A stretch of DNA of 64,000 nucleotides from Takakia lepidozioides (lineage: Eukaryota > Plantae > Bryophyta), in the NCBI GenBank assembly GCA_030704615.1, contig CM060731.1:15500001-15564000 (forward strand), in the 5' to 3' direction. This document shows, piece after piece, positions 1-10,899 of the stretch. Below the pieces are notes generated by a model, which was given only the letters and a program-made list of their open reading frames with translations, made no database searches and had not been told where the DNA came from. The position numbers and the translations under genes are program-made. Position 1 is the first letter of the stretch. Each line of letters opens with the position of its first letter.

Positions 1-19
1 TGGGTGTACTTCCTTTCAG

Positions 20-3000
20 ACTGGTCCCCACAACACACACCTCTGTTTGCCACAGGTATTACGCACTTTTGTCTTGTTTTGTACATGTCCTTGTCCTAGC
101 TATCTGTGGAGGTCACAGAAAGAGAGAGAGAGAATGTACTCACAAGACATTGTTTCCCGGTAGCCTTGTGGCCATTGACCCCGTGCCCAGTTTGAGCTGA
201 ACACAAAGGGACAGAAACTACCTTTCTCAGGAGCTGGCACCGGTAGTATGACTTACCTTGGAACAGACAATGGATCCGAGTTTGTCAGATATCCTCTAGA
301 AATCCCTTTACACAAGCATCAATCTGCTGTGTGTGATTTGCCCAATAACTAGGCCCCAAAAGGGCCTGGGCTTTTGGCTCAGCCCTCGAGAGCTGTTTAC
401 CTTTAAAGTTGGTAAACAGAGGCACAGGCACAAATCCCTTGATGGATTTGAAGAGGGCGTCTCTCTGGTGAGAGTACCCAGGACAATGAATCAGAAAATG
501 AGTATTGTCTTCAAGTTGCCCACACGACGGGCATTTGCAATCCCCCTTTCCTCTCTGCATCTGTTTGCTGTTCAAAGGTAGGCCTCCCGCCCTGAGTTTA
601 AATTTCAGTCTAGTGCCGAGAGTGGGTAAACCCTTGAGGTCATCCATGATGGCCTCCCCCATGTCACAGACTGGAAACAAGTTCAGGGAAGTTTTCTGCC
701 TAACTTCATTTTCATCAGACAATTTCCTGGCACAGACATGGCTTTTTGACACTACAGCCTCTAAGTCAGATTTATCCACCAGGGTCAAGATTTGCAACTT
801 CGATTCAGATCCTTGAGAATCTCTTCTACCCTCTTCCCTCAGGACTTAGCCTGTTTGACAGGGCGGTCCTGTTTCCAAGATGTAGAGTCGATTAACTTAG
901 GATATCTGGTGTTGGACATATGTTGCAGCTGACCCCACCATCTGACCTTGAATTCATCTCGTCGGAGCTTAAAGAAGGGATACCACACTCGCCTCGAACA
1001 GCCACATTAGCAGTTTTGGAGCATGCTGACATGAGCACCCCCACTTGAATGGATTCTAGAGACTTAGCCTGGTTGGAGTTATCAACGTACCCCCAGGCTG
1101 GCCTAATAATGCAGCAAAGCATGGTTTTTTTTACTTGAGAGTGATCCCTCTGCAGTGGAAAAAATTAGTGAGACCCAGCGCTTTGCGTTTGCCAGAGTGA
1201 AGAACTGTTTGAATATGTGCATCCCAATTACAGTTGGAGGAAAACTCAATGGCAAGGTCTGTGTAGGAAGGGAGGACATGAATCTCTTGGCCTCCCCACT
1301 GCCACTTGAGATTGCCTCCTCCCTCCCCTCGGTCGTTGAATGCCACCACTGCACATTTACTGACATTAGCCTCTAGCCCCCAAAGGTCAAAGTATCTCTT
1401 TGCGGAATCAATCAACTCATGAAGATTGGATGGAGTCTCCCCTATGCCTGCAAAGTCATCCGCAAACATAAGGGCTGGTCTTGTGGCATCTCCCACCCTT
1501 AATCCAAACCCCTCACTTTCCACATCCTCGAGGAGTTGATTGATGAAAACATTGAAGAGCAGAGGGGAGAGGGTAAATCCTTGATCTATTCCTTGGCCTA
1601 TGTCAAAGAAGTTAGACTTCTGTCCCTTAACAGTGACACAGCTTTGGTGTGAGCATACAAGTTTTTGTACCACTCTCCACATCTTTCCCTTGTTTCCAGA
1701 TGACCAGAGTCGGAGCCATAGACCATCTCTCCACACTGTATTATAAGCCTTTGACATCAGAAAAAGACAAAAGTGGGTTTCCCTTCTTTTTTCCTCCCTG
1801 GATAATCTGGCTTAGAGTGAAGATATGATCCACACAGCCCCTGTTTCTCCGAAAGCCGGCTTGGCCTTCATGGAAACAACCTCTAGACTCCAGATCAACC
1901 TCGAGACGAGTACTTATAACTCTGCAAAATGTCTTTCCAACTGCATTGAGAAGTGTGATGCCTTGACAGTTCCCCGGCTCTTCTCTGTCACCTTTCTTGC
2001 GTAGATTGACAATGACCCTGTTGCCAGCGAAAGGGGATCATTTCAGTCCTCCAGATAAGGTTAAAGAGAAGTACAATGGCCTCGATCATGGAGTCGCTAC
2101 CGCGCTTGATAAGCTCGTTGACTATGCCATCTGGTCCACCAGCTGTATATCCGTTTAAATGCTCAATTGCTTCCACAATCTCAGAAGAACTAATGGGAGC
2201 CCTTTGAAATATACTCAGTCATCAGGGCTGTCTTGAATCATAGGAACAGTTTTTCAACTGTGTCCTTCTATTCTTGAGAAGACCCCTCACTGTTGACCTA
2301 GAATTTCTGCCAAGCATACTGTAGTGAGTTTCAAAGGTTTTGACAATGTCAACTGTTGAAGTCACAACTGCACCCTTAGTAGTCCTCAGCGCTTGTACCA
2401 ACCAGAATCTCTTGTCATTACCACCATGGTGATTTGAGTTTATTTCACTGTATAACTTGTCCCAATATAATTTCTTCTGAGACCTTACAAGCTGATTGAT
2501 ATCTTTGCGGATCTGGTAATACCTACCACAACTTTTTGTTGACTTTCAAATTGTCAAACTCTTTATAGAGGACCCGTCTCTCGGCTATCTTGAGTTTGAT
2601 TGGTCCACCAATTAACAGCTGTACCGCAGACAATTAGTTTCCTCCCAATGATCTCGTCAGCCACAGAGGAGACGAAACTCTCCCAAGAATCCGCCGCTCT
2701 TTCAACTCAATTCTTGCATTGCCAGAGCGAGACTGAAGATCTTGGAGTGAATGGACAAAGTGAGGGAACGGTTCACAGATCTCTTGGTGTGGGGGAAACA
2801 CCTTTTGATCTCGGTCCAAACCAGGAAGAGGTACCCATATCAGTTCTGTCAATCAACACATTGGCAATCTGGGGAAACAAATTCTTGTCCACTATGATAT
2901 AATCCACAATGGATCGTTATCTGGCTTAGAGTGAAGATATGATCCCCACAGCCCCTGTTTCGCCAAAAGCCAGCTTGGTCTTCGTGGAAACAACCTCTAG

Positions 3001-6000
3001 ACTCCAGATCAACCTCGAGACGAGTACTTATAACTCTGCAGAATGTCTTGCCAACAGCATTGAGGAGCGTGATGCCACGGTAGTTCCCCGGTTCTTCTCT
3101 GTCACCCTTCTTGTATAGACTGACAATGACCCCCTGTCGCCAGCGAAAGGGGATCATTTCAGTCTTCCAGATAAGGTTAAATAGGAGAACTAGGGCCTCT
3201 ATCATGGGATCGCCACCGTGCTTGATAAGCTGGTTGACTATACCATCAGGTCCACCAGCTTTATATCCGTTTAAATGTTGAATTGCTTCCACAATCTCAG
3301 AAGAACTAATGGGAGCGTTATAAGCCATTGAAATATACTCCAGTTCATCAGGGCTGTTTTGAATCATAGGAACAGTTTTTCCAGCTGTGTCCCTCCATTC
3401 AGCAGAAGACCCCTCACTGTTAGACCTAGAAGTTCTGCCAAGGATACTGTAGTGAGTTTCAAAGGTTTTGACAATGTCAACCGATGAAGGCACCACTGCA
3501 CCTTTACCAGTCTTCAGCGCTTGTACTTGCTGACCGTTTTTCAGCTTGTACAAACGTTGAAGGCAACCAGAATTTCTTGTCATTACCACCATGGTGGTTT
3601 GAGTTTATTTCACTGTATAACTTGTCCCAGTATAATTTCCTCTGAGACCTAACAAGCTGATTGATATCTTTAGGGAGCTGGTAGTACCTCGCCCACAATT
3701 CTCTGTTGGTTTTCAAATTGCAGCACTCTTTACAGAGGGCTCGTCTCTCAGCTATCTTGAGTTTGATCTCATTGGTCCACCAATTAACAGCTCTGCCGCA
3801 GACAATTAGTTTCCTCCCAATGATCTTGTCAGCCAGAGGAAACGAAACTCTCCCAAGAGTCCACTGCTCTTTCGACTTCATTTCTTGCGTTGTCAGAGCT
3901 AGACTGAAGTTCTTGGAGCGATTGGACAAAATGAGGGAGAGCCTCTTGCAAGGCCTGGACATACTCAGCCTTGACCTCCTCATTATGGAATTTTTCTATG
4001 CGCCACTTCCGAATCGAACGTTTCACAGATCTCTTGGTGTTGGGAAAACACCTTTTGATCTGAGTCCAAACCAGGAAGTGGTCAGAGGTACCAATATCAG
4101 TTCTGTCGATCAACACATTGGCACACTTGGGAAACAAATTTTTGTCCATTATGATATAGTCCACAATGGAACGTTCCCCAGTTGGGATTTCCCACGAGTC
4201 CACTGCACTTGGTCACCTCTTGTCCTGTTATTCAAGGTCAAAAGCTGAAGCTCTTCCAGACAGTTAATTAACCATCTGCCATTAGAATTCAGCTCGTCCT
4301 CACCAAAAGGCCCAATGATATCGTCCTGACGGAGACCTTTGCCCACCCGGGCATTGAAGTCACCCAATAGAACCACCTGACCTTTGGCAAGGAACGAAGC
4401 ACAGTCCAGCTTTACATGTTCGAAGGCTTTGTCTGCGTCAACACTAAGGGTCCCCTCTGTGGGCATGTATACACAACCCACAAAGAGGTCCTTCGTATTC
4501 ACGCCCTTCAGATTCAGTTTTAGCCAGATACTATGCTCATACCTCAAACCCTTGTTGATAATTTCACAAATATCAAACAAGAAATCGCGGACAAAGAATC
4601 CAACCCCAATTTGGCCGCGTTTGGCAGAGGCTGCCTTGAGAGTACACATCTTACCCGTCCACTTATACCCATTGACATCTCTAACCAATTTATCCGGTGT
4701 TTCCCATGTCTCCTGACCAGCACAAATATGAATGTTATTGGCCTGAAGAACTTGTGCCACTTCGAGTTGTTTCCTTTGGTTAGTCAGCCCTGAGAAATTG
4801 AAAGTGCCCAGCCGCAAGCCAGCCCTTTGCATATGAATTGTTTGTCGTCTAGGTAGCTTGTGATTGTTCCTGGATGGCCAACCGTTCTGCAAAGGGGGTA
4901 CAGTTACCGCGTGTGTAGATTTTGCTCGTCTTGTGTAGACCTTGAGAATTGGTAAACCATTCAGGGTACCAAATCCATCAGTTACACGACGTATAGGCTC
5001 TGCACACTTAGGGACAGATTGTCCGTCTGACTGCTTGGGGACAATTACCCCATGTATAGATTTTGCTCGTCTTGTGTAGACTTTGAGGATTGGTAAACCA
5101 TTCAGAGTACCAAATCCTTCAGTTACACGACGTTCAGGCTCTGCACACTTAGGGACAGATTGTCCATCTGACGGCTTGGGGACAATTACCCCGTGTATAG
5201 AATTTGCTCGTCTTGTGTAAACCTTGAGGATTGGTAAACCATTCAGAGTACCATATCCTTCAGATACAGGACGTTCAGGTTCCGTACACTTAGGGGCAGC
5301 TTGTCCGTCTGTGTTTGGATTCAACCTCATCCAGAGCATCAAACCGATTAGAAACTCTCAAGTTGAAGTCCCTGCCCTTGGTTGTCTTCCTAGAGCGCCC
5401 CATTGAATCACCAATGTCTAAGACCGCTCTCCAGCCAGTCAAGGGACGAACTTCTTTAAGATTTAATTGATGTGGGACTCCATTAGAAGCACTTTTGGGC
5501 ATTGCAACCTTCAACGTACCCCTATTATCAAGTCTTCAGATGGAACCATTAGCGTTGAAATCCAAGCCTAAGCCAGAGCATGTAGTTTTAAAGGACACAT
5601 CGTCCATCCTGGGATTCACCCCAAAAACTACACATGAAGCCCTAGATTTGGCATAAGTAACCAATTCCCAGGAATCACCCTGAGTAGTGTTGATGTTGAT
5701 AGGAGATAGGATTTTCATTGTTTTCGCAGGCCATAAGTTTAAGCACAGGAACCAACCCGAGCCCAAGTGCCGAGTATGCTAGACAGAGCATACGACTGCC
5801 CAATTTGGGCGGAGGGGCTGCCCCCAAGCGGTAGGGGTCCGCTTGTTACCATTCAGAGATCACACTCCAGGGAGTTGCAGGGAATGGCCCGTGTAGGCAT
5901 ATTCTAAAGAGGGAAAGGCCCCAAGCTTTCCAACTAAATCCAATGCACTACCTTACCTGGAGCAAAGCGCTTCAGGTCGAAACAAAGACACGAGGTCACA

Positions 6001-6658
6001 AGGCCGGCATTTAGTCACAGAGACATTAATGTACTCCCGTATCAAGTCCACCCAATGGCAATAGGCTTCCTAGAGGACAGGGAGAGGAGGGAGAGAGAGA
6101 GAGATACTGAGACCAATTTGTCTTAGGGGACAGAGATGTTGAAAGGGAGAAAACACTTGACATGATGTTTTTGGAAAAAGACCTTGGGGCTGGTTCTAGA
6201 TGGCTGGGGGGACACATATCTGCTAGGAGGTTGACACCTGTTGGGTGGATCTGGGTTTGGACATGGCATTCAACAGAGCCTCGAGGTGGTGAAGAGATTG
6301 AAGCCAAGGCGTGCATTTTTTGTAGGGATGACTCATGAGTTTGAGCATGACTCTGACAATGCTGCGCTTGCTGCTTGGTCCCAAAGGTGTGGTGCTTTTG
6401 CCTTTTGCTCTATGAGGTTATGGAACTAAGTAGAATGATATTGAGAATGACTGACAAAATTTTGAGCAGCTGCCTCGTCTCACAGCCAGTTCCTTGTCCT
6501 TATTGTACATGCTGCAATGGATGTCTAATTACAGCACACTTTGATGATGCTGATGAACAAATGTTGTGGTGGGATGGTGATGGGATGGGCATGAGTGCAG
6601 AGAAGGCATTCAGGTGCAATTGGCATATGATGGACTACGCATACCTCTTGACTTGTGA
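20..6658 (+). CDS. 3' part of a metallo-beta-lactamase-fold (PhnP-like) putative hydrolase; exons 20-55, 6277-6386, 6601-6658; 5' exons lie outside the window
   Basis: GT-AG spliced exons translate to TGPHNTHLCLPQ|SLEVVKRLKPRRAFFVGMTHEFEHDSDNAALAAWSQR|EGIQVQLAYDGLRIPLDL*, the typical C-terminus of this family (H..GMTH..AxDG). The 6.2-kb intron holds a LINE. Confidence 0.85.
120..6013 (-). mobile_element. Non-LTR retrotransposon (APE endonuclease + RT + C-terminal CCHC; RTEX-like), frameshifted, intronic and antisense to the host gene
   Basis: APE motifs ([22 protein letters not shown]) at 3829-5342; RT motifs (NYRGITLL, QAGF, QGFTLSPLLFN, MFADD) at 1131-3592; CPSC..HFLIHC at 285-797; (CT)n 3' tail at ~120-133; candidate 8-bp TSD gtcacaga at 112-119 and 6014-6021. 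Confidence 0.92.
4905..5310 (-). repeat. 141-bp tandem repeat, about 3 copies, encoding 47-aa units upstream of the APE domain
   Basis: tttgctcgtc recurs at 4921, 5062 and 5203; unit translates to [47 protein letters not shown]. Confidence 0.95.
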
Positions 6659-7029
6659 GGCACCCCTTTCTATTTAATTATCCAATTTTTGCACAGCTCA
6701 AAACAGTGTGCCCTGGGAAGTCATTCCTTGACTATCAATGACAAAAGCATCTAACTACATTTTTTGCTGAATTGTGCCACTTGTCACTGGCATTTGGATT
6801 TTGACAAACTGTAGCAATTGAAGGTGGAAACATTGGGAGAAAACCATTTATTTTCTAATTAAAACAAGTTTGGTGGTAATCCTGAAGTTGCTTCTGCTCA
6901 CAATTCAGAGAGCGTCGCATTCAGCTTCCCATTCATACATTTAGATTCACACTTGTTTTCAATGGTCAAAGATATGGTAGTAAGCTGCGTAGACTAGCTG
7001 GATTACAGCTAGAAACAGCTTTTTGGGGA

Positions 7030-8100
7030 CATATTAAACTTTTCTTTTTCTTCCCTTAAGAAGGGAACAGAGGCCTGTTACTCAATTTAAAAACTCCTCC
7101 CACTCTGGCTTGCTATTTTAGGTTCTGTTTCGCTATTTTCTGTGCAATGTCCAACAGAGATCTCTGCCCGTCTCTCTGTGTTGTGCTGGGGATGATCTCC
7201 TTTCAGGTTTTTGCTGGTTCCTTGCTGCCTCTGATCTTCCATTTGCCTGTACCTGGACCTTTGGTGCTTGTTTCATGAGGTGGCGCGGCCCCTTACGGTC
7301 TTGGTATGTAACTGCCTTATGGCTTTTGGGGGTTTTAAGTTTGGGGGTTTTAATTTTTTTCCTTCAGCTTTTTATAAACGCTGCAAAGCATCCTTGCTGA
7401 AACAAGCGGAACTTATGGTGTCACGTCATCCATTTGGTGGACACCTCTTGCAAAGCATACCCAGATATTTTTTCAAATTGGAACATTGAGGCTACATCAG
7501 GTGGAGTATTGTTGTTGGTCCATAAGTAATATGCACATGACCTTTTATGTCATTTGTTGGCCTTGCCCTTTAGTTATGGACCATTCATGAACTGTGCTAA
7601 ATGGCCCTTAACCTTACAGCATAAGTTGTTCCCATGAAGTTTGCTGGGAACATACTAGTTTTAAAATAATCATATAGGTTATTATACAACTATTGTTCAT
7701 TATTAAATTACTTCAGATCAACTTGGTCTGTTTTTTCTTTTTAAAAGAAAAGGAGACAGAGGCCCTTTTAATCAATTGTTTTTCAAATTAACTCTTAAAA
7801 AACGGTTCCCAAAAAGGTGGAAAAAATAACCACCGTGGAGGCCGGAAAGGCTCACTGCGTGGAGACTTCCCCGAAACCATAGCCTACAAGCTATCTGAAG
7901 AGCTAGGAAAACATATAAGGAAGAAGGCAGCTGGTGAAGAGAGGAGAGAGATGGGGAGATTGAAAAGGAGAATGCTGATAAGCAGCCGAAAAATGCAAGT
8001 CTAAAGAGAAGAGAAACCAGATTGTCACCTGGCAGGGAGCAAGCAGTAGGCTGCAAATAAATCCCGCTGCTATTCACTAGAACCGCAATTGAGTTCTAAA
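7030..8100. mobile_element. Short retroelement 3'-end remnants (poly-T runs followed by a shared ...ACAGAGGCC...TCAATT motif)
   Basis: Near-identical motif after T-rich runs at ~7040-7090 and ~7730-7780. Confidence 0.4.
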
Positions 8101-8459
8101 TTTTGTAACTCGAGCCTTCTTGTGCCTCCAGTTGAAGTCCCCGTCATCTCCATCACCAGGAGACATCCCAAGGAGCGGGAGTGGAGACTTGCCAACATGA
8201 CAGGTAGATAGGTTCCGAGAGTGTCATTTTTGCCCCAGGACTGCTGACATTGTACCAACACGACAAGGACAAAAAATCATACACGATAATTTGCTTTTTA
8301 GTTATGAAGGGGATTGTATTTGAATTCAACCAACCCCCTCTTATTTCCAAATGTACGGGATATAAAATGCACGTATTCCATATAATCCTGCGAATGCAAA
8401 GTGTCATCGCAGATATAGATGAAAGAACAATGCAACACAATTTTTGTTTTCTTTTTACC

Positions 8460-8640
8460 CTCATGACTTGCTTCGTTTGGAGGATGGAGGGGATGAAGGT
8501 GGTTGTTGACTTGCTTGGTTTGGAAAATGGAGGAAACAAAGATACTTGTTGATTTGATTAGTTTGGAGGATAGAAGGGATGAAGGTACTTGTTGACTTGC
8601 TTAGTTTGGAGGATGGAGGGGTTGAAAAGTCATGATGGAT
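8460..8640. repeat. Degenerate tandem repeat (gacttgctt.gtttggaggatggagggg units)
   Basis: About 4 imperfect copies visible. Confidence 0.7.
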
Positions 8641-8797
8641 ATCAGTCAGATTCATCAAATACTTAATGTGAGCAGCATTTTAATTGGACGATTTTTCATT
8701 TCGATTACGCCGATTCCAAACGGAAATATTGTTGGAAATTTGGACACGATTAGTTTTGGGTTTTGCATATTCATTTAACATTTCGGTTTCATGTTTA

Positions 8798-8877
8798 TAG
8801 ATAAAAGACTCCGGCCATGGCCGGCGTAACTAAGAGCCACTTCGCCTTGCGGCTACTGCCCCCTTTCGGAGGTGGGC
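8798..8877 (-). mobile_element. 80-bp 5'-truncated retroposed 3' end with a 10-bp TSD; homologous to the 3' UTR of the RLE-LINE at 29.5 kb
   Basis: TSD ttcatgttta at 8788-8797 and 8878-8887; shares aagactccggcc..ccggcgta and cggctactgcccc..ggtgggc with 29532-29588. Confidence 0.8.
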
Positions 8878-8889
8878 TTCATGTTTACA

Positions 8890-10280
8890 TGACAAGTATA
8901 TGTTTTGTTGTAGTTGCAATTCGTACATTGGAGATTAGGTCATCATGTTTTATGTCTCCACCAAAATTGTGAGTGTAAAGGTGTCTATAACTGGTTAGGG
9001 TCGTCTTTGTTTTTGTTTTTTTTTTGTTTTTTTTTGGGTGCCAATCCGTTATATGTTGGTACAGTATTCAGAGTTGGCAAAAAGTCAATATTTGTGGGTT
9101 CCACTATCGATCTCAAGATTGATGGTAGAATATCATTATCTGGTAGACCATTCAATATGTCGTTCTCAATTTCAATATCTTTATATATTTTATTATTATT
9201 TTTCAGCCATGCTAACCATGTCGTTATTGCAAATCTATGTACGTATAGCAAATTATAAATTTTTTACGATATTAATAAATGGATGTGAAATATTGACGAA
9301 GTGAACGGCAACAATATCACATAATGAATCTAACGGTGGTGCCAATTTGTTGTACAACTCGGATTTTGAGCAAAACTTACCAAACTTTCTTGTAAAGCGC
9401 GTTGTCTTGTCCACCTTTATTTACATAGCGTAATTTGAACAACAACACGACAACGATATCTTGCTATTAACGCTTCTTCAACCATGGTTAACTTTGGCAA
9501 AATGTCGTGAACTTTTCCAAATGAAGATGGTACATGCACTATTTGATATTCCTCATTTATCCAATAACAACCCATTTAAATTCGTCCAATTGCTGTTTTA
9601 CGTATTTTATCGATTCTTTTGGAACATCTTATAAGAGAATTTGTTATTTGAAATGATTTTCTACTTGTAGATTTTGCCATTTTTTCCATATGTTTTACTA
9701 TTTTACTTTTTAATTCATTGATTTTCCATTTCAACATAGTAGAGGTTGTTATATCTTTGCTGCAAATACAACAATACATGATAGTGAAAGTCACATTGCT
9801 AATGTATTCGTTACAGTTAGATAAACAAAATAAATTATTTTGTAAGCAGATTCCTGGTGGGAACAGATTATTTTTTGGTTTTTCTTTTCAGGGCAACAGT
9901 ACATTTGCTCTCGTTTTTCTTTTTGAGTTTTTTTTTTTTTGTCATTTTTGTTTGTAATATATTTTTGAATTTGTGTAACACATATTTTATCTTTGATCAA
10001 TGGATATTTGTTTTTTTGGAATGCATATTTTGCCATTCGTTCAACATTTGTTCATTTGGATCGGAAGTTCGTTGAGATTTCATTTCCGTGGTTTGTTGTG
10101 GATTTTCAAATTTATATTTTCCCTCGTTTAGCATTTCTTTCATTTGGATTGGAAGCTCCTTGTGAAGAATCAACACCTGCCACCTTTCGCATCACAACAT
10201 CACTTATATGCGCGATCCGTTGCGGCCATGAGCTAAGTCCGTCTGACAAAGCTGCTCCCTCACAGGGTGGTTGATCTTAT
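8890..10280 (-). mobile_element. Degenerate Helitron-associated coding fragment (DUF6570-like)
   Basis: AT-rich; minus-strand pieces LPKLTMVEEALIARYRCR..FKLRY..SFAQNP and LAWLKNNNKIYKDIEI...LNGLP, typical of the region upstream of the Helitron Rep domain. Confidence 0.65.
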
Positions 10281-10899
10281 CCCTTCCCTTGCATAGACTT
10301 CACAGATCTCCCTTTGACATGAATAGTAGCACAAACAGGAACTCCCAAACCGCCAGAGAGCTAAGCCTTATGACCTCATTAAAAATGATAAGTTATGTAC
10401 AAACATACATGAGTTTTAGTGCACAGTGAATATGAGCTCGGTATTTGTGGCAATTTTTGCTCTCCAGCACTATTGTGGGGCCTATAATCTTGCTAAACCT
10501 TGTGATTTAGTACAGACACTTAAATACAGGAAGGGCCCACTTGTCAAAAGACGAAGGTAGTGAGGGGGAGAGAGAAACATAGAAACAAAGCACTTATTGA
10601 AAAGTCCCTATAATTGTGGCTTTGACGTAGTGACGACGGTGGGTAGGCCCTTAAGGTCATCCTTAAGATCCTCGATATTTTCAAAGTTGGTGAACAGAGG
10701 TACAATAACCATGTTCTTGATGTTCCTAAAGACGGACACCATATGGTGAGAATACCCCCACTTGTGTTAAGTGAAAAATACATTCACATAGCTTGTCTAG
10801 GCAAAGAAAGAAAGAAACAAACCATCAAATTTATTATAGATGGGAATAAAATGTCATTATATTATTGGTGGTCAGGTTGCAGAATCCATACACAGGAAC

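Noticed and set aside
8798-8877. Hammerhead or HDV-like ribozyme
   Set aside because: The topology is superficially similar, but the CUGANGA/GAAA core is absent in both copies and I could not build the HDV nested pseudoknot.
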